The notes under the pieces were generated by a model, which was not told the DNA's origin, ran no database searches, and saw only the letters and a list, made by a program, of their open reading frames with translations. A DNA stretch of 64,000 bases from Balanoglossus misakiensis (taxonomy: Eukaryota; Animalia; Hemichordata): assembly GCA_040954595.2 (NCBI GenBank), contig CM082584.2, positions 13,633,337 to 13,697,336 of the forward strand, read 5' to 3'. Positions 13,891 through 27,144 of the stretch are shown one piece after another. How positions within the stretch are numbered: the first letter of the stretch is position 1; every line of letters begins with the position of its first letter. A program made the position numbers and the translations under genes.

Positions 13891-16529
13891 TTAACGCCGC
13901 TCGGGTAAAATGTGGAAACTCTTGGGTTTGAGACCTACGCCAAAGAGAGGTTTCATGTCAGGTGGCGGATAGTTGTCGGGAATTCTGAAGCTGTATTGTT
14001 GCATCAAACTGCTGAAAAACAGGAAAAATTCCATCTTCGCCAGGTGTTCTCCTAAACATATACGGTTACCTGCGAGAAAATGAGAAAAACAATCGATTGT
14101 CATTTTTGCTTTTGACTATACACAAACACAAAGTGGTCGATTTAATACTTGACAGCATATATCAAAAGGCGAGTTTGTCATTTTTGGGGGGAATGGGGCT
14201 GAAAAAACTAGCATCATTGTCATAGTATCCTCTTACCCATGCTAAACGGTACATGTTCGTCGAATGTCTTGATGTTACCGTCTTGGTCAAGAAATCTTTC
14301 CGGCATAAACTTCTCCGGTTCTGGCCAAACCTTCGGGTCGTAAAGAACAGATCTCAAATGCGGCAACACAATGGTATTCTTGGGTATGAAGTAACCCCTA
14401 AGCTCGGTGTCCGCCGATACGCAGTGTGGGGCTGCCGTCGGCGATATCGTCGCGATGCGGAGAATTTCCATCATAGTAGCTGTGATGTACGGCAACTCGG
14501 CTTCGTCAGCGAGGCATGGCTGTCGGCTCCTGCCGATGACGCGGTCGATATCAGCGTGGATTCTGGCTTGTATATCTGGTCGAGTTATCATGTAGATCAT
14601 AGACCAGGTCAGTGCAATGGCAGTGGTCTCGATGCCAGCGAAGAAGAAATCTTTGATGGCAGCTTCCATGTCTGCATCGGTGAGATTCTGATCGGGATCA
14701 CAGCCACTTCCCTTCGTGGATTCCACCTCTTTCAAGTAAGCGTCGATGAAATCTCGTATGTCGTCAGGATCAAATGACTGTCGATGTTCGTCGATTTTTC
14801 CCTTGCAGAAGTTAAAGATCTGGGACATGTAGCTGACCAATTCTTTGTAAGGAGCGGAAACGTGCCTCACGATCGGGATAACATCGACGGCCGCTGCTTT
14901 GAGACTGACATGCACGACACCATCGATGAGTTTAAGAAACTTTATGATTTCTTTGTCGTCGTACGCATACCTCTGACCGAACACTAATCCGCATATGATG
15001 TTGGCCACGGCACCTTCGATAAGGGCCTCGGGTTCGAACGGCTTGCCGGTGTATTTGTCAAACTCTTCGACAAGATAGCGACTTTCTTCCTGAATTCGAT
15101 GTTCCAGATTGGCTTTTCTGGTGGTGATACCAAAATGGCGGAGAACTCCTTGCGCAAACTTTCTGCTCTTTTTCCATGTCACACCACTGGATCCAACAAT
15201 ACCTAAAAACAGGAAAAAGTAATATAGGTCACATTCTGTGTTCTAATGATCAAATTTATACCTAAATATAACCAAAGGGGCTGATCCCAATGCGGATGGT
15301 GCATGTATTTCACCATATGATTTCACAGAACAAAATCGCTTTCTTTATGTATGTTAATTAATTGAAATTCAACAATGGGGCTCAATATGCATGATCATAG
15401 TCGGATTAACCGACCCCGTTCTCCTGACCTCTATGCTATCCGGACGACATGGGTTTGTAAAGTTGTTTGGGCTGTAGGATCTATCGCGAGAGGGTCTATG
15501 GTTGAACCGACACCGCTGGAGGGATTTAAGGAGAATGAATATCGACATTGTTCCGTTTCTTTCCTCTTTACCATTCAATCCACTGACTCAGCCATTAGTG
15601 AGAGTTAAAGCTTACGTGTTCAGTATTATCACAATAACATGTATTGCAAGAATTGATTGTTGTAAAACGCCCCCTTCTCAGCGAAATTCACACGCTCTAT
15701 ATTTTGGTTGTGTGCACATCATATCTTGGCAGAAAAATAATAACAAATATATCGGTTTCTAGTACGTCTTTATCTTATTTTTTAACGTTTGACACGAAAT
15801 ATATTCCTCTCTCGACTTCACAACTTTTCATACTTGCCACAACATGGATACCCCAGTGAAACATATTTACAAGTTACGTAAGTGTGTCATGTTTACGTAC
15901 ATGTAGGTACTCTGTACTCGAACCAAAAATGCAAGAGACGAGCTTCAGACCCCGGGGTTTGTAAGATTGCATATCTTAGAGATTGGCTGACTGAGTTCTA
16001 CAGCTTTTCCATCTGGACAACCCGAATTCAAACTCTGCTGTCCCCTGCACTGTACTTTTTCAACTATCCACGAGTAAGAAGCAAATAGTGTCAACCAAGT
16101 GCAACGCTGCGGCAGTTCATAGACCTTTGGATGTAGACGTCCTCCGAGAGATAAAACATGGAACCATGCATGATATTTGTAGATATTGTTTGTCTTACCT
16201 TTGCCGTTGTTAGTGACAGCTTTCCACATATCCAACATGCCCGGCCTGTCGCTGAAGTAGTTGCTTTTGTCGACGAAAGCTTCTCTGATTGCCTCATAGC
16301 CATTGAGAACCACGAAGAGCCGGGAGCCAAGCTTCATACTGAACACATCGCCGTATTCTTCCCTGAGCTTTTGCAGGCCATCGTGCATGTACTCAAACTT
16401 TCTCATAGCCAAGACGTTGCCCACCAGGGGTAGTCCCGTGGGTCCCGGTGGTAGGTTCTTCGGCCGGGGTCGAGTCGCCAAATACCATACCGACAGTACC
16501 AGTATTAAGACAAGCAGGTACGCATACAT
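13891..16529 (-). CDS. Cytochrome P450, CYP2 clan (CYP2J/2U-like), three coding exons
   Basis: Exons 16529-16199, 15202-14237 and 14069-13891. Motifs: N-terminal anchor plus PPGP hinge, WKKSR C-helix, FFAGIETT I-helix, EILR (ExxR), PERF, and heme motif PFSMG|NRICLG split by intron 2. Confidence 0.95.
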
Positions 16530-16607
16530 GTTGCATACATGGACAAGTTCGCGTTAATTGTGATACCGTGCACGTCCACACCCCGAATGAATGGTCCCTG
16601 GTCCGAG

Positions 16608-16720
16608 ATTTATACTTGTGCGGGGATGCCGGATGGCTCGACCACTAGGATTGCTGGACCACGGGGTCACATGCGCAAGGACGCTTGTGATAACGAGGGG
16701 TGACCGCGAATGCTTGCGTG
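16608..16720 (-). promoter_or_regulatory. Candidate proximal promoter of the CYP gene
   Basis: TATAAA on the minus strand at about 16608-16613, roughly 80 nt upstream of the ATG. Nuclear-receptor half-site-like GGGTCA (about 16664) and TGACC (16701), and XRE core TTGCGTG (16714-16720). Confidence 0.35.
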
Positions 16721-19528
16721 GCTAGGTGTGCGGTCGAGTTTATTGACCGAACTGCAATCCGATTTTTTGTCAAATCAAGTAGATTTGTTTGAAAAACCCA
16801 CAAAACCGTCAGCTTTCAGAATAAGTACACGTGATGTTGTCATGGAAACACAAAACCCACGACCTCTTCAGGTGGGGGAATTGGGTGCTAGTCCAGTTTG
16901 AGGTCATAGTACTACGATACTATTTAACCCATATGATCTTATCAGACCATCTTATACAAAGAGAGCACAGATCTCATCGAGCGTCAGGCTGCAAAAACAA
17001 TCGCAGTGCAAAGTTTAGCAAGCATCACCATGACTCGTCAAAACTTTTTGTTTTGTTTTAAAAGAATGCATACGAAAAGCATCATTTTGAGAAGTGTACG
17101 TGCCCAGACTTCGTCTGAACAAACGAATGCATGATGAAGCTTGCATAATATGTGTACACGGATTTAAATTGACAGAGAAGGCAGCCCACACTGTCTATAT
17201 GCAGCCATGTCGCTTTTGACACCTGTTGATTTTGCGTTTTGACGCACCGCAGAAATAGTTTGACTTGTTCATCTACCGCACGTTTTATGGATGACGAGTG
17301 TGATCGAAAACTAATGCCTCGGAAGGTTTTGCCATTGCTGTGACTGAAAAGTTGTGTCGTGTTATCAGAGATGGAGTATTAAAATGTAATCATGCCACAT
17401 TATTAGGAACATAGGAGAGTGGTGTATACTCACTTTTTGCTTGATGGATCCATAGACCCTGTCGGATTTCGACAGAAGGCTGCAAATTTTCCTTCAGAAG
17501 TTCTCAAAATCTTGGAACAGCCATGCTGTCATCCTCTTCATCTTCTGCTTCACTTTCTAAAGTATTTCGGTTAATGTCGTCATCGTCCACGACACATTCA
17601 CCGTGAAAGTGATGAAGTGGCACGCACAATTTTGTCAAAGTACCTGCATTGAGCGCATGGTGACCACAGATAACAGCGTCGTACGTCTTTAGCGTCGCAG
17701 TCCTGATATAAATACAGCGTGGTTGTATGAAGAACGCTGACGGGGGCTTCTGCCCAAGTTCTGGTGTCAAAATCCGTACTTTGGTTGTTTGGTGTTGTTC
17801 CTTGCACACATTCCTTTCACATGGGATATAACGCAAACGCAATATGTCCGTCAGTTAGTCCACATTCGACATGAAGAAACCTTACCGGGGCCAGACTGAC
17901 TGGTGTATTCCTTTCAATTGTCACGCTGTCTCTAACGTAAAATCTGAGAACGTGTCTTTTATATACCGGCGAACACCTGGCTGAATAATATTATAATTAC
18001 CACTTTCACCAGTGACCTGGTTTTGTGGTGCGAGACATTGAAATACATGGCCAGCGACATGCAAAATAAATTATAAATCTTTCGAACCACAGACTTTTCT
18101 CTTTATCTGTGTTTCAAACCAAACTCTTCTGCTTCTCTGCAGAAAAGCGTGCAAAACTAAACGTGAGGCATCGTAGTAACAACACATACACGCACGTTAT
18201 CCAGGCTCAAAGTACAGCTCAAGTTAATTGTCATTCGCATAATAGTCCATACCTCATCTGCAACTGGTCCATGTATAGTCTGGTGAAAATTTCGAGTCAA
18301 CCAGAAATGCTGATTACATGTATCAAGAAGACCCTGGTTTCAAAAAGACCTGTCAGTTGATGTTTGGCACATATATGGGATTATTTCCATGCAGAGGTGT
18401 GTAAACAAGATTATAATTGTGAAAGTTATAGCTACTCTACTGAGGGTGATACATGCACGTTTCTGCTCTCCTCTCCAAATGTTCATATTGTGCGTGCAAA
18501 TTCCTCATGAATGTTCACAACTGAAATATCACATCCAGTGGTAGAGTTTGTTCTGTAACAGGGTGTCATTTGAAAACTTGTGTATTTTTCTATGGTAAGG
18601 TTGGACATCTAAAGAGGGAACTGGGGTGAAAGGGTTAAATCTTCCAGAAAACAAATAGTACACACGATGATGGCATGACTTTGAAATTTGATTTATTCAT
18701 GTAGTATCCACTCCTGCTTTTCTTACAACAAATGAACAAGTCTCAATTGCTACAACACAAGTACATCGCCAGGAATTACAATACAATTTGTCATCCTATT
18801 TTCTACACATTTCACTGAGATGGTCCTTGAAAGATATCTCAGAAAACAAAAGGATGGTTTTCCTGCCTTTCACCCCAGCATCTGATGAAAGGGACTCCTG
18901 GTCTCTGGCAGCTCATGTAGTATAGTGACAAGTTCTTCTTTCCAACCTTAATTTTACTCCATACAGGTCAGCATGCCTACGCTGTACTTTCAAACAGCAG
19001 GCATTTTTTGAAAAGTGACAAATAACTTAATATCTATTAACCTTTGAGCATAAAATAACCTGAAATGTCTTGCTTTTTTTCATAGTTGTTTGTTGCTTCA
19101 GTTAAAAGAATGGAAGGTTCACATCATCAGCATATTTACTTGTGGAACTACTGCCAAAATCAATTGTCAACTTCTACATGATAGAAAAAAAATCGTAAAA
19201 AGCCTCTTGACAATTATGTCTTTGTGGACAAACAAAACGTTGTTTTCACTGGTGTCCTTTTGATGACAAAATCACTCCTGAAATACTCTAACTTAAAAAA
19301 AAAATACCATTTTACTCGGAACCATGTGTTCAATATAAGAATTGAGTGTGTACATGACAAACATCTCTCAGATGAAATGTACACAACTGAAAAGAACACA
19401 TAGTTTTGTATAAGGTTGTGATGCAATGTCACTTTTCAAATTGCAACCCTGATATCAAACACTGTCACAAAGTGTCCAGTAGCATCATCAAAATGTCCAT
19501 GATTAAGAATAAAAACTGCTGGCAATGG

Positions 19529-20157
19529 CTACTGGTTGGCTGATTCACAAGCATCTATCCAGTCACTGTACACGTCCACTGCTTCTGATAAATCTGTACA
19601 TCACATGGTCAAGGAACCAACAGCTATGCCTTCAAGGCATAATTCAGAATTTGTGAAGAAGTATCAATCAAATTCAGAGGTGCTGTATTCAGATTTATCA
19701 AGGGGTATTAGTAAACAACATTTCTGTGGTGGTAACTGTTTGATCAGAAAGGATACAATTTATAGTTGTCTGGAAATCTTCAAGGCATACCCTGCAGGTT
19801 ATAACTCCGGTATTTCTCTGGCGATCCCTGTGAAGAAAGGGGGAAAAGCGGGAGGCAGTGTTAGTCCAGCACAGCAGTGCTTTTTGTTAATAGCTGTCAA
19901 TTTCACTGTGATTCCGAACGTGTTAAAATGTAATGAACATGCGTGGCGTGACTAGCCCAGTGCCAGCTGAAATACGCTCTCACAATGTTGAATGTTCCAA
20001 TGATTATAGCTGTCCAGTCTGATCATACTAACTATACTTACATTTTAACCTCACATGCTTTTTCGTGGTTACAAAACGGGCAAGTAAATTGCGAATCTAA
20101 TGTTCCCACAAGTTTCTTCTTTGGTGGAGGCTTCCTTTTTGAACGTCGCCTCCCCAT
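19529..20157 (-). CDS. ELOF1: Transcription elongation factor 1 homolog (83 aa)
   Basis: Exons 20157-20042, 19827-19757 and 19593-19529 give [83 protein letters not shown], a clear Elf1 zinc ribbon. A probable 5'UTR exon has its donor at about 20327. Not in the ORF track. Confidence 0.97.
19594..19756 (-). other. U12-type (minor spliceosome) GT-AG intron in ELOF1
   Basis: 5' splice site |GTATCCTTTC at 19756, branch site TTCCTTGAC at 19616-19608 (about 15 nt from the 3' CAG), and no polypyrimidine tract. Confidence 0.9.
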
Positions 20158-20635
20158 CGTCGCTTGGTTCTGTACTGTTTACCACCGAGTGCACTTCGGT
20201 TCACTGTCTGGGAGACAAAATGCGATAAAGTAGGAATTATACACTTTCACCGAGTGTGACAGACTCTCTATAATAGATGCTCCGGGCACTAAAAGGTTGA
20301 AAATAGCTGAGTTGTAGTTTACCTTACGTTTTCGTGACGTCTATCGTTGTTTACCCGTAACCCGTAAACCACGCGCCAATGTAAGGCTGTGTAACTCACT
20401 GAAATTGAGCAATCAGGCTTTCAAGTCAGCAAGGCACCTTTTTAATTTTTAATATCTTAATGGTTTAGGGACATTTTAAAAATACATTCCCACTCCACAA
20501 TCGTGTCAATAGAAATATCGTGTCCTCGGAAATCCCAACAACCACCACAAACTGCAGACCTTGTGGTGACTTGTCCAGGAATATTTATGTACTGGCTTAG
20601 GGCGTCACTTCCGGGAACCCCGAGAAGATTGCAAA
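20158..20635. promoter_or_regulatory. Bidirectional promoter region ELOF1/WDR70
   Basis: Divergent ATGs at 20157(-) and 20636(+). Locally CpG-rich, with an overlapping ETS-CRE motif CGTCACTTCCGG at 20603-20614 and YY1-like CAAAATGGCG over the WDR70 ATG. Confidence 0.7.
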
Positions 20636-23600
20636 ATGGCGAGCAACACAAGCTGTAAGTCGGAATGTAACGTAAACAACCCTTTATTCAATATAGTACA
20701 AAACTCCTTCACACAATATAAGACCTTGACTCAATTTTGCCAATACTTATGACAGGGTGATTCGATGAGGTTTCTCAAAATGAGCGTGAGGAGTTTCCTT
20801 GTTTGTTTGCCAAGAAATGTAATGGCTGTGGTTAATTCCAGTGTCTGTACAGCTTTACTCACAAAGTAATGATGCAACTGGCAAGACATGCGGAAAAAAC
20901 ACTATAGGGTCAACCTCCGGCCAATGCAAATTGGCTGGCGCCTCTACACCTGTTCAAAAAGAGTGCAGGGCGTATAACCAATCATAGAGCGCTAAATTGC
21001 AATACCTGCCGTAGGTGGCGACATTTAAAAATCCACAACGGGCGGAGCTGTACGCTTATTTGACTGTCTCGACCAATCCAAAGAAACAGGTGCGAATCCA
21101 TCTGGCTATGTTCGGGCGTTTTCAATATATATTTAAATTTATGACGGGGTCAAATTGTCTGGTGTCTCTAAGTTGCACACCTGTCCCTAGAGTGCAAAGC
21201 GCAATTGACCAATCACAAGTGCCTTGGTCTACTGTTTCAGGTCTGCAGAAAGTAATTGATCAATCAGAATTATTGCGATCCAAATGAACCAAACAGCTGA
21301 CCGATAAATTGTTTGAGTCTCCAGATGGATGAACATGGCACTAGTTCTTGTCATAACAAACAACAAAACGTGGACAATAAAAAAGACATAAAATTATTTC
21401 AGATTTCCCATGAAAAATAGTTTGACAAATTTATGAATTTATTATCAATGAATACACATATATTTTTGTTTTGTTTACCATTGTAAAGTGTAGTTTACGT
21501 GGTCATATCTGAATATATGTTTTACACCGTTTTAACTTGAATATCTGTGCTTTTTGATTTGTAAAGCCAGCTCCGGTTTTGGCAGCTTTGGTCCACCAAA
21601 GAAAAGTACAACAGGGATGGGCTTTAAACCATACACCCCTGAATCAACAGAACCAACAACAATGGGGAAAGACTCTGCAGAACCAGATGCAATGGCCAAA
21701 ATGATGGGTTTCTCAGGATTTGGTATGTTTCTACAGACTATATATATTAAACCACCCAGCCTTCATTTGAATGAGGAGAACTTTAAACCTAGATTTGAAT
21801 GTACGTGTTGGTGGTGTTAAACTCAGCATTTGAAATAGTTCCACTGTGGTTCTTAACTCGGCCTTTGAAGTACTTCCACCGTGGTTGTCGTGTTTTATGG
21901 GCTGACTCATTACTTTTCAAAACAGGTAAAAAGGCACGGACATTTGACTTGGATACAATGTTGCAACAGACAAAGAAGACTGCACAAGAGATGAGGAAGA
22001 CAGATCTCCAAGAAAACCAAGATGCAGCTGAAGATGGAGATAGTGATGACTCGGATGAAAGTGATTCTGAGGAAGAAATTGGTAGGATTGATAGTGGTTT
22101 CAACTCTCCAGGCAAATTCTGTTCATAACACCATTCCTGTTAGTTTTATGTTATACTCCAAAGAGAAAGATACAAATATGGTTTCCCATCTCCATGTAAT
22201 TCTTACTGCTGTATGATCAGCACCAATGCTGGAAAGAGCCAACCATATGTGAATTAATCATAGAGAGCGCCCTCAAGGGTCTGGTGATTGTTTACCTTCC
22301 ATTGTCTCCCAGCTATTTCTGCATCCCAAGAAACAAAAGGGTTTAACCACAAATTCACGGCTGATTTCAAACTTACTGATGAGAATTCCCATCGTTCTCT
22401 ACCAACAGGACCTCCACTGCCACCAGGGTTTAATGTTCCAGCATCCACTTCTACAAAGAACACAACAAAACAATCAACTGAGGATGTGGCGGGAAACAGA
22501 GCATCTGACAGTGATGAAGATAGCGATGCTGATGATGATGAAATTGTATGTTGCATTCATAGTCATGTTCAAAATTCACAATCACTACAAACCAGAACGT
22601 ATTTCTGATGAAAAATATATTTAATATGGTTACCTACAGCTTTTATGCAACGTTCTACTCTAGTATTTTACTCGGAAATTTCTATATTCTTATATTGACA
22701 GCAACTCGAAAAGAAGATTCCAGCCACACATGAAATAACTCTTGACCATGGTGATAAAACAGTGAGTATAATTAACGTATTCCTATATAAAGTTGAAAGG
22801 GTTTCTTCAAAATGGCCACGTTATGGAACACTTTTTTCACATATCTCCATTGGCTAGATTGTGTCACTTTCCATGGTAACTGGGGTAAAATTTGTGTAAA
22901 GGTGACTGTACATCTTTAAACCACTCACTGAATGTGATATCATAGTTCCCATTTATAGGTCATTTAGTGTATGATTTACACAGCCATCACAATGTTCTTG
23001 TTTGGTTGTTCACATTTGTCGTTGGTTTTGATAATTTCAGATTTCTTCAATCGGAATAGACCCAGCAGGAGCAAGGCTAGCCACTGGTAGCTTCGATTTT
23101 GATGTCAAATTTTGGGATTTTGCTGCCATGGATGTAACATTGCGATCTTTCCGAAGTTTTCGACCGTGTGAATGGTGAATATTTACAATATCAGGCTCTA
23201 TTTTGTGTTTTTCAACTGAAGTAATTTTTCTGCATTTAGTTATATGCACGTGCTATAATAAAAACAAATTTGGTGACTGTCGTAGATACATACACAGGCA
23301 CACACACACACACATACACATACCATTAGGTTAAACTTGTATTTTCCATTTACAGCCATCAGATCAAGACATCTCAGTTCAGTAACACTGGAGACATGGT
23401 GCTGATCGTGGCTGGCAATGCACAAGCCAAGGTCATGGACAGGGACGGCTTTGAACTAATGGAATGTGTCAAAGGTGACCAGTACATTGTGGACATGGCC
23501 AAGACAAAGGTCAGTGCATCCAGTTGCATTACTAGAATTGAGCCCCTGACTTTTTCACCCTGGAACAAGTTTCCCAGCTACAACCATTGAGATACCTCTG

Positions 23601-26600
23601 TGGTCCAACTGTCCTTTGAACATGACAGGAACATGACATTGATAGAGTAGAGTATTTGCAACAAAGATCATTGTCTGTAGGAAAGTATGGAAAAGAGTAG
23701 GATTTTAGCCCTAAGATAAAACTTGAATGCATGTTGACTGTAGAGAGTGCGAAATAGTGTAGACTAAGATGTAAACTATGGTTTGATAGATTCTTTGAAC
23801 CATGTTACTAAGTCCTTGCAAAATTCTTCCAAATGTTTTGCCAACATACAGGGTCATACAGGCATGTTACACGGAGGTTGCTGGAATCCCAAAGCAAAAG
23901 AATTCTGTACGTGTTCTGATGATGGGTAAGTTACTTTGCTTGTTATGCAGTAATCAGGGGTAGAATCTAAAAAGAATATCCTAAATGCCTATATGTCTGT
24001 GTTAAGCTACGATTGTATACTTAACATTTGTAGCTGTACGTTCAATCCTGTCTCAACCAAACCCAGGATGAACTGGGAAACCTTACACTATTGTCTTTTT
24101 GGTCTCCACACTCACATCCAATCCCTGACAATTAAAATCTTGTATTCTTCTCAGGACTGTCAGAGTTTGGGATCCTAATGTGAACAAACAACAGAAAGTC
24201 ATCAAATTCAGAGCAAGTAACGGTCGAAAAACAGTCCCCACTGCATGTACATACAGTCGAGATGGTAAGCTAATTGCAGCAGGGTGTCAGGATGGTTCGT
24301 TACAAGTATGGGATATCAGGAAACATGCATTGGTGAGTCAATTATTGTCATCTAAATATCATGCATCTCTATAGGGAGGATTTAGGAATATGAAGTCAGA
24401 GGCAGGTCTGTGCACAAAACCTGAAAACTCATTTCCTCTCACCAGTTTGGTTTATATGTTCTGTACAAGAGCTGAACATGTGTAAAATGGATCCTTAACA
24501 TCTGGAGGTACTACTATAATATTCAGTGTTCATCAGGGAAATGGTAATAAGAGTTCAACATGGTACAACTATATGTTATCACCATCTAGGTCTTCCACAT
24601 CACTGGTCTATGGTGGAAGCGTGTTTGCTTCAATGATAAAAATACTATATTCATACTTGGCATCTCTGCTTTCACAGGTTAGTCCAGTTTATAAATCACC
24701 TACAGCACATGTCAGTGGCACAGATACATCATGTGTCTGTTTCTCATACGACAACACAACATTAGCATCAAGGGGAGGTAAGTTTGCCTTGTGGCCAGTT
24801 GTAAAATGACTAATGAAACTGAAATTGTAGGGCAACATCTAATGTCTGCTAAATCTGTACTGTCTGGTTGAAAAAAAAACTGGTTAATTTGGTTGGAAAT
24901 CGTCATAACATGTAAATGTAGAACAATCTGTAATTTAATTTTTCTTGTTTTGAACCTAAGGTGATGACACACTGAAATTATGGGATATCAGAAATTTTAA
25001 AAGACCATTGGCTGTTGAACAAGGTCTTACCAATTACTTTGCAATGTAAGTACATTATGTTGGTGTGCAGATGGCTGAGAGTACGCATGATCGAACATTG
25101 TCATAGAGCTTGTCTGTGGAAGACAAGAATTTCTCTTTGGTCGTAACTTTTCCTAATGTTTGTATGTACTATATGGAATACCGAGCAAACATAATCAGGA
25201 TCATAAGGAGTTGGCCTTAAATTTCTTTGCCAATGCTCAAGGATTTTGTTCTTTGAATTTTGGATTTGTTTTCTAGCAAACTGTGCAAATTGCAAGGATT
25301 TGATTTTCTTGTTGACAGGACGGAATGCATCTTTAGTCCAGATGACAGAATGGTCATCACAGGGACATCAGTCAAGAAGAATGAAGGCCATGGCAAACTT
25401 ATTTTCTTCAGCCGAGATACATTAGAAAAGACAGCAATTCTGCCTGTCACCGAATCAGTGAGTCTTTTGTAGACAGTTAATGGTTGATACTCATCATAGC
25501 ATGGCACATATGTCATGTGACTTCAACTTAACACTCTTTAGAATTTTCATCTTTTCAACATTTTTGTGCCAAACTGTAAAGCGCCCTTATTGTTCCTTTG
25601 ATTTACAGAGTGTTGTAAGATGTTTATGGCATCCTAAACTGAACCAAATCATGGTTGGATGTGGCAATGGTGAAGTTAAAGTCTACTATGATCCACAGAA
25701 AAGCCATAAGTAAGTCTTCTTGTGTATTTGTACAGTTGTGTGCATGAGAAGGTATTCCATCCATTCATCATTGAAACCAAGTCATCCCAATGCAAACCCA
25801 CACCAATACCAACTACAGAGTTGCATGGTTGTCTTGAGAGTAAAGTATCCAATAATCATTATTGGCGCATGGACTTATATTGATGGTATACTATATTTGA
25901 TTCTTGCAGTGGAGCCTTGTTGTGTACAGCCAAGAAGAAAAGGAAAGCTAAACAGATTGAATTTGTTGTCAATCAACACATCATAACGCGTAAGTGGTCT
26001 GTACTTGAACACAAAAATTTATGGAATTTATGAAATATCTTTGAATTAACCATGATGCAACGATTTCATCAACCACAAGAATTTCCTTTACCGACCATCT
26101 TTCAATGTGTATTCAATAACAAGTAGCATTCTTGATTTGTTCTCTCCTATACATAGCACATTCATTACCACTGTTTAGAGACAGCAATGCATCTTCCAAG
26201 CTGGCACGCAAACGTCTCGAGAAAGACCGCAAGGATCCTGTCAGATCACACCGACCAGACTTACCAATCACAAGTGGTAAGTGTCATCTTAGCTGTTTCT
26301 CCATTCTTCGATTTTTTTTACAATTATTTCTTTTACATTATATTAGCGTGAAGTCATCAGTCAAAAAGCCCATCTTGGTCACTTTGGCTTATGCATACTG
26401 TACTTACAGCCTATTGAAATCTACTGTCTTTGAGGCGGCTATCATAATTCCATACAAAAACATACATCACTGCCATTTATCATGTTTCCTTTTTGTATCT
26501 ATCAGGTAAAGGAGGTCGTGTAGCAGCTACAGGTGGTACTCTGTCATCATACATTGTGTCTAATTTAGCATTACGTAAAGTTGATGATAGCAATCCAAGA

Positions 26601-27144
26601 GAGGCAATATTAAGACATGCCAAAGAGGCAGTAGAGAATCCTATGTATGTTTCACCGGCTTATCAACAGTAAGTTGACAGAAGATGGTTTTGTTTCTGTA
26701 GATGTAGAGTAGAAATAAGTCTACCACAGTTGAAATATAAATTATAACTGTGTGCTGTCTATTCTAGCCTGAGTATGGAGCTGTTATGACTGTGAGGACA
26801 AAAGAGTTCATAGTTCCATTTTTGGGCTGTGATATTTTCACAGCATGTCTCATACACATACTAGACAAAATCATTGTATATTTTGTGAGAAGTATTGTTC
26901 AATTGGCAGTTGTTCCTTTCTGCAGTTCTTCAAGATTGAACATAAGTCTCACTATTCTGAACCTTTTCAGTGACACAATTGGTCTGTGTAATTCCAGGAT
27001 TCTCAATTTTCATGGAATGTGTTGTCCCTTTTCAGCACGCAACCAGTGCCAATATTCCAAATGGATGATGACAGTGATGAAGATGAGGACAGCAGGGATG
27101 TTCCTCACTGGACAAAGAAACTGAAAACAGATGACAACAAATAA
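20636..27144 (+). CDS. WDR70: WD repeat-containing protein 70 (gastrulation defective 1 homolog)
   Basis: About 18 exons from ATG 20636 (MASNTS|SSGFGSFG) to TAA 27142-27144. Motifs: MMGFSGFG-KKARTFD, IGPPLPP, IPATHEITLDHG, DPAGARLATGSFDFDVKFWDF, ECVKGDQYIVDMAKTKGH, PTACTYSRDGKLIAAGCQDGS, LASRGGDDTLKLWD, WHPKLNQI, RKDPVRSHRPDLP, DDSNPREAILRHA. Confidence 0.95.
23291..23320. repeat. Imperfect (CA)n microsatellite in a WDR70 intron
   Basis: tacacaggcacacacacacacacatacaca. Confidence 0.7.

Noticed and set aside
14253-14777. 174-aa plus-strand ORF and other ORFs overlapping the CYP exon
   Set aside because: Antisense shadows of the GC-rich CYP coding exon, with no motifs or splice support.
19536-19955. 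139-aa plus-strand ORF
   Set aside because: Antisense to ELOF1 exons 2-3, starts at TTG, and has no recognisable domain.
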